From a phage, in sequence record NC_111505.1: a DNA stretch of 64,000 bases; one strand, 5' to 3'. How positions within the stretch are numbered: the stretch's first letter is position 1; every line of letters begins with the position of its first letter. The notes under the pieces are model-generated. The model made no database searches and had not been told where the DNA came from. It was given only the letters and a program-made list of their open reading frames with translations. A program made the translations under genes and the position numbers. Shown in pieces: positions 17,550-26,605 of this stretch.

Positions 17550-17969
17550 TTATAATGATTCGTATATTTCAAAAATCCGATTTGCCAGGTCGTTACGGTA
17601 GCGGAATTTTTCCTCACGTTTGATCATCAGATCTTTAAAGCCGTATTCTTTAAGCACTTCATTAACTTTATGGCGGCACACCTTCATATTGTCCTGAGCG
17701 TCACCAATAAACCTGTTGCTATGGTGCATGGCTTTAATTTCTTCTTCCAGGACCAGGGCAACTATGCGGACCGGATCAAGCTGATAGGCGGTAACATCCA
17801 TGCGGCATTGTAAACGGCTTTTTACGTCTGCCACCGGATATACTGCAACCTCCTCCCCGTCAACATTGACAATAATTAGTTTACCATCGATTTCGAATCC
17901 TTTCGCCGCCGGACCGTGACAAAAAGCGTTATCAAAGCTATATGCCGGATTATTAGATTTAATGTTCAT
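17550..17969 (-). CDS. hypothetical protein (139 aa)
   Basis: ATG with AAGAGG SD. Confidence 0.6.
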   Translation of the reverse strand: MNIKSNNPAYSFDNAFCHGPAAKGFEIDGKLIIVNVDGEEVAVYPVADVKSRLQCRMDVTAYQLDPVRIVALVLEEEIKAMHHSNRFIGDAQDNMKVCRHKVNEVLKEYGFKDLMIKREEKFRYRNDLANRIFEIYESL

Positions 17970-18112
17970 GGTGTTTTTACCTCTTAGTTAATTTTATTAC
18001 AACTTCTCTTCAAAAAAGAATATAGCAAAACTGCCGATCCCTGTCAACCAGGGATAGCATAATTTTTATGTGATCAAGGGGCTTTATTACCCCCTGACCG
18101 TAACTTGTTGTA

Positions 18113-18376
18113 TTATTTGTTGCTCATCCAGTTTTCCCAAGCTGCATGATAATCTGCCTCACTGCGGCGGATCTCTTCTTGTTCTTCAAGCCGGATCTCT
18201 TCTTCCAGGTACCCAAGGATATCGGATTTTTTGGTCTGGCGTAACATCCAATCATCTTTTTTACGAGTAAAGATCTTGTACGCTTTCTCGCAAACCTCTT
18301 TTTTGCTACCTTTTTGGACTTCAAGAACTTTGTAGGCCATGTACTGAACTAGTTTGAGCTGATCAAGACGTTTCAT
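18113..18376 (-). CDS. hypothetical basic/acidic helical protein (87 aa)
   Basis: ATG with AAAGAGG SD; preferred over overlapping 18124-18324 and + strand 18070-18270 ORFs. Confidence 0.5.
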   Translation of the reverse strand: MKRLDQLKLVQYMAYKVLEVQKGSKKEVCEKAYKIFTRKKDDWMLRQTKKSDILGYLEEEIRLEEQEEIRRSEADYHAAWENWMSNK

Positions 18377-18438
18377 GATGTTTTTACCTCTTTATGCGGT
18401 CCTGGTTAGTGGGCCTTTTGGCCCGTGTCATTATCTTA

Positions 18439-18711
18439 TTACTTACGGCGGCAGAATTCAAGTGTTTTTAATTGATAATCTTCCTCAGCCTGGAGTACGA
18501 CCGCCTCGATCATTTCGTTGGCATTGTTAAAGCCATAACCTTTAGCGAACTCATCCGCGCCACCTTCGTGATCATGTTCTGCGTTCATCGCTTCCACAAA
18601 ATGGAATTCCAAATTGTTGAGGTAGGGGCTTGATGTTCCGTCCTCTTTTTCGATGAGATCCCAAATAGCATTAAAACGTGATTCGACTTCTTGATTAATC
18701 CAGCTTGACAT
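18439..18711 (-). CDS. hypothetical acidic protein (90 aa)
   Basis: ATG with GGAGAGAGGA SD. Confidence 0.6.
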   Translation of the reverse strand: MSSWINQEVESRFNAIWDLIEKEDGTSSPYLNNLEFHFVEAMNAEHDHEGGADEFAKGYGFNNANEMIEAVVLQAEEDYQLKTLEFCRRK

Positions 18712-18765
18712 AGTGTTTTCCTCTCTCCTGGTTGTTGTGTGGGCACTTTTGCCCCTTCAAGATAA

Positions 18766-18794
18766 ATGTTACCTCACCCCATGGCAGATGTCAA
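18766..18794 (-). promoter_or_regulatory. Sigma70-like promoter (TTGACA-N17-TAACAT), - strand
   Basis: Followed by 5' hairpin GGGCA-AAAG-TGCCC and the SD of gene 18439-18711. Confidence 0.5.
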
Positions 18795-18928
18795 CGGTTT
18801 TTATAGTTCTTATATGACAGGCAGGCCCGGTGATTGTCTCCCCCTGTTCCCAAGTGCCGCCCGTTTAATAAGAATAGCAAAAGGGGCCGAACAAGTCAAC
18901 CCCAAAATCAGTACCAAAACACTTTTAT

Positions 18929-19240
18929 TTATACGGTCCGATCATTGGCCTTTGTCCAGGACCTGGCGATCCGTTTCCCGGTCACCTGGAACGGAGGCTG
19001 CATTGTGTGTAATGAGTCCAGAGTAAGGGAGGACCGTTTACGGCGTATCTTCAGGATCGCTAACGTATTGTCCATCTCACGGCCAGGTCCTGGGCGGTAT
19101 GGTGTGCCTCCAGCGTTAAGGTTGATGATCTCATGTATTGAGATCCGGCGTTGTTTTGCTTCCGCATCTTTGAAGATAGCCAGCGGAGGCGCTATGCGTT
19201 GCCGATACCAATCTAAAACGGTTGGCGTAATAGCGATCAT
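18929..19240 (-). CDS. hypothetical protein (103 aa)
   Basis: ATG with GGGGGT SD; overlapping + strand ORFs 18766-19026 and 18834-19289 judged less likely; 12-bp inverted repeats CCAGGACCTGGC / GCCAGGTCCTGG lie inside. Confidence 0.4.
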   Translation of the reverse strand: MIAITPTVLDWYRQRIAPPLAIFKDAEAKQRRISIHEIINLNAGGTPYRPGPGREMDNTLAILKIRRKRSSLTLDSLHTMQPPFQVTGKRIARSWTKANDRTV

Positions 19241-19428
19241 ATTTTACCCCCTATGTAGTCCGGTCGGTTTTTCTCTGTCATACGCTTAAGCAATTCTTGC
19301 ATGTTGCTTATGGCTTGTAGTGTATCCTCTTCAAGGGATGAATCAAGATAATCAGGATCATTCTTCACCTTGCAATGATTATGATAACGCAGTACCGCCA
19401 GTACTTTTTTAACTTCTTCCGCTGTCAT
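19237..19428 (-). CDS. hypothetical protein (63 aa)
   Basis: ATG start; ATGA overlap with downstream gene; weak SD. Confidence 0.4.
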   Translation of the reverse strand: MTAEEVKKVLAVLRYHNHCKVKNDPDYLDSSLEEDTLQAISNMQELLKRMTEKNRPDYIGGKI

Positions 19429-19436
19429 TATCGCGC

Positions 19437-19571
19437 CTAAAACAATGAGTTAATATATAACACCAGATCGCTGACTACCAGGACAACATTAATCAGCACA
19501 TACCTAACCATAAAGGGAAAGATCGCCAACATTGCCGCCACGATCCCCATGGTAATAATTATCTTTCTCAT
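19437..19571 (-). CDS. candidate 44-aa membrane peptide
   Basis: MRKIIITMGIVAAMLAIFPFMV...; ATG 5 nt after the upstream stop; no clear SD. Confidence 0.3.
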   Translation of the reverse strand: MRKIIITMGIVAAMLAIFPFMVRYVLINVVLVVSDLVLYINSLF

Positions 19572-19573
19572 GG

Positions 19574-19858
19574 TTAACGGTTCACGTAAGTTTTCCCGTT
19601 CACGGTTATGGGCAGATCCTCCAGGTCTGGATCTTCTTTAAGGTCGCGAGCAAGCTCACCGCACCGGATACCTTCGAATCCGTAGTACTCTGTTGTGCCG
19701 TCCTTAAAAGTTTTTGCGGCAAGGCATAACCGATAAGTAACACCGATTTGATTGACGGCATGGATATCAGTTAGATCTACCTCTTTTGCCAGCTCTTTAG
19801 CCATTACAGGCGCATTAAGTCCAATAACCAGGGCAACTACTGCGATCATCTTTTTCAT
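19574..19858 (-). CDS. small secreted protein (signal peptide)
   Basis: MKKMIAVVALVIGLNAPVMA then KE...; ATG with AAAGAGGA SD. Confidence 0.6.
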   Translation of the reverse strand: MKKMIAVVALVIGLNAPVMAKELAKEVDLTDIHAVNQIGVTYRLCLAAKTFKDGTTEYYGFEGIRCGELARDLKEDPDLEDLPITVNGKTYVNR

Positions 19859-19947
19859 GTTGTCTATCCTCTTTCTGCTGCGTTTAAGGCGGTCACCGCC
19901 GCCTGTTTATGCTTTGTTAGTTAATGGGGCGTACGGTATAGATTAAA

Positions 19948-20163
19948 CTATGCTGTACGCTCAACTATAACAACGGCTTGAGGGATCTCACCTTCCACCA
20001 CTATCAAGGCTTTTTTCTGCGTGATAGATATCTTTACCCGCTTCAGCGTGGCGGTAAAATCTTTCATTTCGTCACGTGGTGTTTTAGTGCAATACCAGAT
20101 CTCAGGCTTACCTATTTGCAAGCCGCGTAAAAATTCCGTTTTGCCTGTTTTGTTCGTGATCAT
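19948..20163 (-). CDS. hypothetical protein (71 aa)
   Basis: Track start is GTG 20172; ATG 20163 has AAGGTGA SD. Confidence 0.5.
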   Translation of the reverse strand: MITNKTGKTEFLRGLQIGKPEIWYCTKTPRDEMKDFTATLKRVKISITQKKALIVVEGEIPQAVVIVERTA

Positions 20164-20350
20164 TTGTTTCACCTTACCCGATACCGTGGGAAGACAGGAT
20201 CATGTTAGCCATAGTTGCAACCACTCCAACCGATAATGCCATGCCAACTACTACAACCGTGAAAATTTTTTCTAACATGATTCCACCATCATTAATGGGC
20301 GTTGCCTTATTGCCCCGCCCTATGTCGTACACTTTTCTTCTGATCCTCTG

Positions 20351-20614
20351 TTAGCATACGATAGCGATCACGCCGCCACAAATAAAAGGTAAATCAAAAC
20401 GGTCTAACTTGCAAGCTATTTTTAAACGAAAGGTAACATAAAAGAAAAGTTGCAAACAATCGATCATTGTGTTAGCTGTTAAAACGCTGCCAGCATTAAA
20501 CACCACCACGCCCACGGCGTTAAACGTTGCGTTACTCACGAAAGCGAAAAGGCAAGCGATCACGGTGGCGATCATAATGTTGCGTTTTGTCAATCTGTAA
20601 ATGATGTTTTTCAT
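20351..20614 (-). CDS. membrane protein (87 aa, 2-3 TM)
   Basis: ATG start; hydrophobic; preceded by promoter and 5' hairpin GGCGGCA..TGCCGCC. Confidence 0.5.
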   Translation of the reverse strand: MKNIIYRLTKRNIMIATVIACLFAFVSNATFNAVGVVVFNAGSVLTANTMIDCLQLFFYVTFRLKIACKLDRFDLPFICGGVIAIVC

Positions 20615-20654
20615 TCTGTCATGTTGGCGGCATCATTGCCGCCCTACGAAATAC

Positions 20655-20682
20655 ATTCTACCCGATTTGTAATTGTTGTCAA
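20655..20682 (-). promoter_or_regulatory. Sigma70-like promoter (TTGACA-N16-TAGAAT), - strand
   Basis: - strand reads TTGACAacaattacaaatcgggTAGAAT, followed by a stable hairpin then the ATG of 20351-20614. Confidence 0.6.
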
Positions 20683-20683
20683 A

Positions 20684-20878
20684 CTAATTTTTACAAGGAA
20701 TCAGTAAACTTCTTGCTACTGCTTCGCGTAGTCCTTGACTTTTTATCAGATCTATTGTTGCAGGATGGCAAGTAAAAGCCTTTGACCATTTTTGATCCCC
20801 TGGTTTACGGGCAAAAATGTAAACTTCCCCGTCGATTTCATCCCAACGAGTATTGCTTGTTAGTTTTTTAAGCGCCAT
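20684..20878 (-). CDS. hypothetical protein (64 aa)
   Basis: Track start is GTG 20908; ATG 20878 with AAAGGGAA SD. Confidence 0.5.
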   Translation of the reverse strand: MALKKLTSNTRWDEIDGEVYIFARKPGDQKWSKAFTCHPATIDLIKSQGLREAVARSLLIPCKN

Positions 20879-20953
20879 GATGATTTCCCTTTTAGTTGTG
20901 AGCGGCACTATTACCGCCCTATGTGATACATCTTAAACTAATTTAAAACGTTG

Positions 20954-21187
20954 TCAACACTTTTCAAAAAATTTTTCTGCCGTGATATTCTTCCCGGTAG
21001 GGTTCGCTACTTTCAAAATTTTATCATGCACTGGACGCCCAAAAGAATAAGCGCCGTACACAGTGCACCAATAATCGCCGTCAGGCTGTACTATTACCGC
21101 CGCATAGGGTACGCCTTTTTCGTTTTTGCTGACAAAATAGATCACATTGCCATTAATAGCCTCAGCGCGTTTAATTTGTTCCATCAT
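20954..21187 (-). CDS. hypothetical protein (77 aa)
   Basis: ATG with GGTGA SD. Confidence 0.55.
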   Translation of the reverse strand: MMEQIKRAEAINGNVIYFVSKNEKGVPYAAVIVQPDGDYWCTVYGAYSFGRPVHDKILKVANPTGKNITAEKFFEKC

Positions 21188-21250
21188 GATGATTCACCTA
21201 TCTTTATTTTTTCATAGTTTCAGGAGGGGCCTTTTTCGGCCCCGCCAGGC

Positions 21251-21535
21251 TTATTTATTGATGGCGTGCAGCGGGAAAGGTACGCCAGGTTGATAGATAA
21301 CTTTTACAACCTCATCAGGGCAAAAGAAGTTACAAAATTCACCCTGATAAGCCTCATCCTCTTTTAATTCTTCATCAACATACTGGAAAAAGTAGTCGAT
21401 GCTTGGATAATCCTGACCGGGATTATAGTCAACCATTGTCAGGACCAGTTCAAGATCGTTGCGTAGTATATGCATACCCGCTTTTAAGTATTTTGCTTCC
21501 ATTTCTACTACATCGCCAACGGTAACAATAGCCAT
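21251..21535 (-). CDS. hypothetical acidic protein (94 aa)
   Basis: ATG with TAGGAG SD. Confidence 0.6.
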   Translation of the reverse strand: MAIVTVGDVVEMEAKYLKAGMHILRNDLELVLTMVDYNPGQDYPSIDYFFQYVDEELKEDEAYQGEFCNFFCPDEVVKVIYQPGVPFPLHAINK

Positions 21536-21736
21536 GATTTTAACTCCTATCTATCCGGTTAATGATTGGGGGCCGCCCCCCCTGACACGTCCTATTATCC
21601 ATATTGTAGGGCTTGATGCAAGTACTTTTTAAATTTTTTTAAGCGCCTTGTGGGCCGCTGTAACGCTAAAATAATAAAGGCCATGCAACCGCATAGCCTT
21701 TATGTGATTATATCGCTGCAGGCCCTGCCAGGGGCC

Positions 21737-22087
21737 TTATTTTGCATTCTTTCCTATATTTCCGCCACGGTACCAGCGTTTACGGTGAAAATGGTAATAA
21801 TCACCGTCGGCATTGAACATCAAATGATTTTCAATAACCAGCTTACGAAGGTGTGCCGGATCTTGTTCCATTCTTGCCAGATTCCGGCGGCTGTTACGTA
21901 GGCGGATAAATTCCATATTCAGGCCGTTGATTGCAGTATGGATGTCAAAGTAACCACCTTTGAGACGTTCACGCATAGCGTTAAGCTCGACACGGTATAC
22001 AGATTTCTCACAAATCAAGGTATTAGCCAGGGCGCGGACCTGGGCAAGGGGGTTAAGCTCGTTAAGGTAATATAGTTTGACTTTCAT
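21737..22087 (-). CDS. hypothetical basic protein (116 aa)
   Basis: ATG with AGGTGA SD; followed on the - strand by hairpins (21721-21736, 21677-21705). Confidence 0.6.
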   Translation of the reverse strand: MKVKLYYLNELNPLAQVRALANTLICEKSVYRVELNAMRERLKGGYFDIHTAINGLNMEFIRLRNSRRNLARMEQDPAHLRKLVIENHLMFNADGDYYHFHRKRWYRGGNIGKNAK

Positions 22088-22104
22088 AAAATCACCTGCT
22101 GAAA

Positions 22105-22410
22105 CTAGTTTGAGAAAACATCGTTCACAATAGCGATCACAATGCCGTTCACTTTGTCACGGTCAACAATGCACAAATCACCATAGATCATGTGGTAGTC
22201 TGGATGATCTTTCACAGAATAGTCAATAAGTGTTTTCTTGTCGTCCAGCTTCGTAACTTCCATTCTCATAACGATATGAGAATCATCAAAGGTATTATTC
22301 CGAAAAGTCATAGCCTGACCACCTAGGCATCCAGTGATCTCGACTTCCACACCGTCTACGATCTGACCATCAAAGAAATAAAGATTATTGGCGGGTATGA
22401 ACATGATCAT
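22105..22410 (-). CDS. hypothetical protein (101 aa)
   Basis: ATG with AAAAAGGAG SD. Confidence 0.6.
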   Translation of the reverse strand: MIMFIPANNLYFFDGQIVDGVEVEITGCLGGQAMTFRNNTFDDSHIVMRMEVTKLDDKKTLIDYSVKDHPDYHMIYGDLCIVDRDKVNGIVIAIVNDVFSN

Positions 22411-22448
22411 TGCTCCTTTTTGCGCTGATTATTTTAGCAGGGTTTAAA

Positions 22449-22498
22449 TTTACTTTATTGATGGCCCTGGAGTCAAGGCCATCTAAAAATAAATTTTA
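22449..22498. repeat. 45-bp intergenic cassette copy 1 (promoter-like TTGACT..TAAATT around a 7-bp-stem hairpin)
   Basis: TTTACTTTATTGATGGCCCTGGAGTCAAGGCCATCTAAAAATAAA; sits directly 3' of the - strand stop codon. Confidence 0.6.
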
Positions 22499-22696
22499 CA
22501 GGCCTACAATCTCTTTGATTCGTTTAACTGCTGCCTCAGCGCCTTGGGGGTAGAAATTATGGTAACCGATCACGCGAGTGATACTAATCGCCGTTTGATG
22601 ATCTTCATAATCGCCCTTGAAGATTTCTTGACCGTCAATCAGCACGGCAATTTTTTCTTCTTTTTTGAAGTTAATAACGCGGATATTGTTGCTCAT
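22496..22696 (-). CDS. hypothetical protein (66 aa)
   Basis: ATG with AAAGGAGAAA SD. Confidence 0.6.
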   Translation of the reverse strand: MSNNIRVINFKKEEKIAVLIDGQEIFKGDYEDHQTAISITRVIGYHNFYPQGAEAAVKRIKEIVGL

Positions 22697-22836
22697 TTTG
22701 TTTCTCCTTTCTGGTTTTTGTGTTGGTGGGGATTAGCTCCCCGTTGATTGTCATTATCCACATTCCGGACCGGATTGCAACACCCCGGAAGAAAATTTTT
22801 TTAAAAAGATAAGCCCCCATGATCGGGGGCCGTTCT

Positions 22837-22956
22837 TAGTTACTTACTGCGATAAAGTACATCCCTACGCCTAGCAATATTTCAAGGGCGATGATCTCAA
22901 GCCATACCATAACCCGGCGCACCTTATCGGTGCGGGGCTTATCCTTGGGTGTCATC
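22837..22956 (-). CDS. candidate 39-aa membrane peptide
   Basis: MTPKDKPRTDKVRRVMVWLEIIALEILLGVGMYFIAVSN; SD GGGGGAG; followed by terminator-like hairpin CCCCCG-ATCAT-GGGGG plus U-tract (about 22795-22830). Confidence 0.3.
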
Positions 22957-22975
22957 GTCTCCCCCTTTCCTCCTG

Positions 22976-23197
22976 TTAGTAGTGACGTGGTTTACAATGG
23001 TCCCCAGGAGTACTATCGCCACGCACATTACGAGAAAAATTATTTCTTCCGTTGTTCGGTCCATTATTATAAAAGTCCTCAAGATCAGGCCTAAAAGTAA
23101 ATCCTTCGTTATTGAATCCGTCACGCCAGGCGGCTGGCTTCAAATCTTCACTAAATGGATTAATTAACGTGGCATTATTTAAACGGCTGGCCCACAT
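22976..23197 (-). CDS. hypothetical Asn/Gly-rich protein (73 aa)
   Basis: Track start is TTG 23215; ATG 23197 with GAGAGGAA SD. Confidence 0.45.
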   Translation of the reverse strand: MWASRLNNATLINPFSEDLKPAAWRDGFNNEGFTFRPDLEDFYNNGPNNGRNNFSRNVRGDSTPGDHCKPRHY

Positions 23198-23546
23198 ATT
23201 TTCTATTCCTCTCAAATAAGCGATCCGCCTCAGTTAAACAAATCTCATGGGCGTGATCTCTGGTTTTAGCCTCATCGAAAACCTGTTGCGCAAGGCTGCA
23301 ACGTAGGGAGATCGGGAGATCACTATAATAGGCGTTGACAAACGTTTGAGCGTCGTACAGGTCTGAAAATACTTCACCCTTTCTATTATTCCCCTTGTCA
23401 ACAATTGCAAGGATAATTAATACAATAGTTGCAACCACCCCCAGGAAAATAGATATAATAAACCATAAAAAGGCGGATCTTCCCATCTTGCCAGCGATCC
23501 AGGCGTTAAATAAGGCGACCAACACAGCCAAAATAATAAATTCCAT
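23175..23546 (-). CDS. membrane protein (2 TM) with soluble C-terminal domain
   Basis: Track start is TTG 23579; ATG 23546 with AAAAGAGG SD. Confidence 0.55.
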   Translation of the reverse strand: MEFIILAVLVALFNAWIAGKMGRSAFLWFIISIFLGVVATIVLIILAIVDKGNNRKGEVFSDLYDAQTFVNAYYSDLPISLRCSLAQQVFDEAKTRDHAHEICLTEADRLFERNRKYVGQPFK

Positions 23547-23610
23547 TCTATGTACCTCTTTTGCAGTTCTTATCAACAATAAGGCGGCAAATATGCCGCC
23601 TGCTACCTGA

Positions 23611-23991
23611 TTAAAAATTATCGCCGTAAATCTTTCCGCTTTCTACCCATACCACCACGCGAGGCATACTATCCCACACGTCTTGTTTTAGATTGAGCGC
23701 GTGCAATTCTTCGGTGGTGCTCATACCGGGCACGGGCTGATTGTATACTGCAAAACGACCGCCTGCATAATCATAGGCCAGGGTTAAATCACACTGGATC
23801 ATCTTTTTGATCATGGCATTAAGCATGGCGTTAGCCGCATATTGATCACGTTTTAAAGGCAACTCTTTGATTAGTTTGCGATAGTTTTCGATATGGTCGC
23901 ACACTGTTTCACGCGGAAGATCTTTCATATCTTCACGGAATGTGACCAGGTTAAACATAACGGTGTCAATAGCCTTGGTGGTGTTTTTCAT
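23611..23991 (-). CDS. hypothetical protein (126 aa)
   Basis: ATG with AGAGGA SD. Confidence 0.6.
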   Translation of the reverse strand: MKNTTKAIDTVMFNLVTFREDMKDLPRETVCDHIENYRKLIKELPLKRDQYAANAMLNAMIKKMIQCDLTLAYDYAGGRFAVYNQPVPGMSTTEELHALNLKQDVWDSMPRVVVWVESGKIYGDNF

Positions 23992-24074
23992 GATGTTATC
24001 CTCTATGTTTTGTGTTGGGGCAAACGTCTTGCCCCTTGAGTTTTAATATAGCAGGTTTTTAGGTTATTGCAACA

Positions 24075-24326
24075 CTATTTTTTTTTTAAATTATTGTGGC
24101 GCAAAATGTTTAAAATCTCCTCAACGTCATCAACACGGCGGCAATTTTTAAACGCTACCAATTGCCCCATGATTTTAATCACTGGGCGGCCTTGCCAGTG
24201 CCCCTGAAGAAAGCGCGCTTTGACTTTATCGGTGGAACTATCACGCCACCAGATAGCTTTATTGTTGCAGTAGTAAAAATTATTCAGGATAACATCAACT
24301 TTATCAAAATTTTTTAATTTGCGCAT
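24075..24326 (-). CDS. hypothetical basic protein (83 aa)
   Basis: ATG with AAAGGAG SD. Confidence 0.6.
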   Translation of the reverse strand: MRKLKNFDKVDVILNNFYYCNNKAIWWRDSSTDKVKARFLQGHWQGRPVIKIMGQLVAFKNCRRVDDVEEILNILRHNNLKKK

Positions 24327-24546
24327 GGCGTTTACTCCTTTCTCTCTTTGATGTGGTTAGTATAGCTAATCTGTTGACGATGTCAATGATATTTTTAACG
24401 CTATAAAACGGCCCTGAGCGATGTTTTCAGGTTAAAGGGGGGCGATTGCATAGGTGGGGGCCTTTTTTGGCGCTTACGGGGCCAACCAGGGGCGCTATTA
24501 GTAGGATAGAAATAAAAAGCCCCGCACAATGGCGGGGCGTTGGTTG

Positions 24547-24744
24547 TTATTTGTCTTTATGGCGGTATCGTTCTGCCTGTCGTTCACGTTCCAAAAGTAG
24601 GCCGGGCAATTTACGATCATAATGATTCCGCCAGATCTTCCCAAACCTTTTTGGCTTATTCAGTTTATTGTTGCGCTGTCGGCGTTCTGGCAGCTCTTCG
24701 GAATCATGAGGGCGCTTTACAATTTTCTCGAAATTAATTTTCAT
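24547..24744 (-). CDS. small highly basic (Arg/Lys-rich) protein (65 aa)
   Basis: Track start is TTG 24768; ATG 24744 with AAGGGGGAA SD; + strand ORF 24540-24737 rejected. Confidence 0.5.
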   Translation of the reverse strand: MKINFEKIVKRPHDSEELPERRQRNNKLNKPKRFGKIWRNHYDRKLPGLLLERERQAERYRHKDK

Positions 24745-25087
24745 ATATTCCCCCCTTGTTAACCTCAATATTGGCCTGAATAGCCCGGATACGGCGCTTT
24801 ATAACTTCCTGATCTGTGTGGTCGTATCCCCAAAAGTCAACAATTTTTGCGCCCCCCGCCTCCAGGCGGTATAGTGTTTCCTGCATTTTGTAAGCCGGGA
24901 TCGGTCGCGGTGTTACTTGGTCACCTTCTTTATTTTTATACTTTATAATATAATCTTCGTTATCGTTGAATGTCCAAAATGGATATTCTGCAAGGGCGGT
25001 ACTTCCTCTTTCCTTTTTATCCTGGATCTTGTTTACAATTAAAGCCGTAGCAATAGCGCCAATAATAAAACTAGTCCCGCTGATCAT
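24734..25087 (-). CDS. membrane-anchored protein (N-terminal TM, 117 aa)
   Basis: Track start is GTG 25093; ATG 25087 with AAAGGAGAAAG SD. Confidence 0.55.
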   Translation of the reverse strand: MISGTSFIIGAIATALIVNKIQDKKERGSTALAEYPFWTFNDNEDYIIKYKNKEGDQVTPRPIPAYKMQETLYRLEAGGAKIVDFWGYDHTDQEVIKRRIRAIQANIEVNKGGIYEN

Positions 25088-25163
25088 GTGCACTTTCTCC
25101 TTTCATGGTGTTAATAAATTATCTTTATAGATGGCCCTGCAACCAGGACCACCGAAAAAATAA

Positions 25164-25409
25164 CTATTTCACAATGCCTACAAAACAGATCCCGCCTTCA
25201 CCTATGTAAGCAACATCGGTAACTTTATAATTTGTCAAGATCTGTTTATTTAGTTCATTAATAAAATCGGTCATTGCGTTGGTGTGGTTGTCTTCCATGT
25301 CTAGGGAATAGTCCCAGGTGTAGACCTTTTTACGTCCGAAGCCTTTTACCATGATACGGGCGCTTTTGGTGTTGGTGGGCGCATAATATTTTGTGATTAG
25401 TGCTGCCAT
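25164..25409 (-). CDS. hypothetical protein (81 aa)
   Basis: ATG with TGAGGAG SD. Confidence 0.6.
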   Translation of the reverse strand: MAALITKYYAPTNTKSARIMVKGFGRKKVYTWDYSLDMEDNHTNAMTDFINELNKQILTNYKVTDVAYIGEGGICFVGIVK

Positions 25410-25450
25410 GGGTTTTAACTCCTCATTAGTTCAGTGTTAACAGTGTAAAG

Positions 25451-25500
25451 TTTACTTTATTGATGGCCCTGGAGTCAAGGCCATCTAAAAATAAATTTTA
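25451..25500. repeat. 45-bp intergenic cassette copy 2
   Basis: Near-identical to 22449-22498 and 26073-26120; a degenerate partial copy lies at about 25121-25140. Confidence 0.6.
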
Positions 25501-25839
25501 CTCGTTTTCTTCCAGCTCTGAAAGCTCCTCTTTCACTTCTTCCAGCTCTGTCTGCAATTCCTGGTATTCTTCATCGTCCTCAATATCCAGGCTGTCGATG
25601 TAGTCGCTAAATCCGCAGCGGTAAGCGATAGGATCTAACTCCTTGAGGATACGCGACGGAAGAAAAGAAATGTTACCGATCATAATTTCGCCGTGAATCT
25701 CGTCTAACCATTCATCATAGTTTTCGTCGTACTTGTCCTCGTCGATTTCAAAGTTATCGATCTTGTTCTCAAGATCTGCGATCTGTTTTTTCAGCGCGGC
25801 GATCTGCATAGCTTTTTCTGCGGCGGTCATAGTAGTCAT
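25498..25839 (-). CDS. acidic coiled-coil protein (113 aa)
   Basis: ATG with AAAAAGGAGAAAA SD. Confidence 0.6.
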   Translation of the reverse strand: MTTMTAAEKAMQIAALKKQIADLENKIDNFEIDEDKYDENYDEWLDEIHGEIMIGNISFLPSRILKELDPIAYRCGFSDYIDSLDIEDDEEYQELQTELEEVKEELSELEENE

Positions 25840-25917
25840 GGTGTTTTCTCCTTTTTGTGTTTTGGGAAGTTTTCCCGTTTACGTGTTTAAGTATACCGAT
25901 TTAGGTTAACTTGTCAA

Positions 25918-26037
25918 TTAAAAATTTAAGAAAAATTTTGCAAAACTGTTGGCGCTACTCATTAACATTTGCGCCAGGATGTAACCGACAACGCAAACGA
26001 TAATAGTTACCTTTGTGTATTGGCGTGTAGTGCTCAT
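25918..26037 (-). CDS. candidate 39-aa membrane peptide
   Basis: MSTTRQYTKVTIIVCVVGYILAQMLMSSANSFAKFFLNF; SD AAAAAGGGGG; immediately downstream of cassette copy 3. Confidence 0.3.
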   Translation of the reverse strand: MSTTRQYTKVTIIVCVVGYILAQMLMSSANSFAKFFLNF

Positions 26038-26072
26038 CTTAAAGCCCCCTTTTTTCGCTTAGTTGAGACTAG

Positions 26073-26120
26073 TTTACTTTATTGATGGCCCTGGAGTCAA
26101 GGCCATCTAAAAATAAACTT
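26073..26120. repeat. 45-bp intergenic cassette copy 3
   Basis: AGTTTACTTTATTGATGGCCCTGGAGTCAAGGCCATCTAAAAATAAA directly 3' of the stop of 26119-26523. Confidence 0.6.
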
Positions 26121-26523
26121 AATAAGTTTTCAGTACTTTCCCGTCCAACCTGTCAAGCTGGATCTCAATAGCTGCAGAAAACCTATTGTACACCACGTCG
26201 CCCATAGAATCCAACCAATCTATGACGTTATATACCTGCTCTTTATTCTTACAGGTCCGGATCCGTTTCATGATGTAAGCCGGATCAATATTGGTACTCT
26301 CGTTGGTGTTCCCCTGTACCTGGTTTGCTGTATTAGTTACATCTTTAATGGCCTTTACCACCACCTGGAAGGGCTTTAAGGTGCCTTTTGCGTTCATCTC
26401 ACGCGCTTTTGCGGCGCGGTTGTTATATGTTACACAACGGCGGCAAATGTTGATCAAATGCATGTCAATAATTTTTTCATCGTTTGCCAACTCGTTCATG
26501 ATGCGGCGTACGTTCTTATTCAT
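26119..26523 (-). CDS. hypothetical protein (134 aa)
   Basis: ATG with AAAGGAAAAAG SD. Confidence 0.6.
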   Translation of the reverse strand: MNKNVRRIMNELANDEKIIDMHLINICRRCVTYNNRAAKAREMNAKGTLKPFQVVVKAIKDVTNTANQVQGNTNESTNIDPAYIMKRIRTCKNKEQVYNVIDWLDSMGDVVYNRFSAAIEIQLDRLDGKVLKTY

Positions 26524-26605
26524 GATCTTTTTCCTTTGTTCTGGCGGGAGACATTCCCGCCTTTTGTGCCTAGTTTACTTGAATTTTGCAGCGTGTCAAT
26601 GATTT

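Noticed and set aside
18766-19289. + strand ORFs 18766-19026 and 18834-19289
   Set aside because: The whole neighbourhood is - strand; the - strand alternative (18929-19240) has an SD and a coupled neighbour; the + frames are Arg/Pro-rich low-complexity
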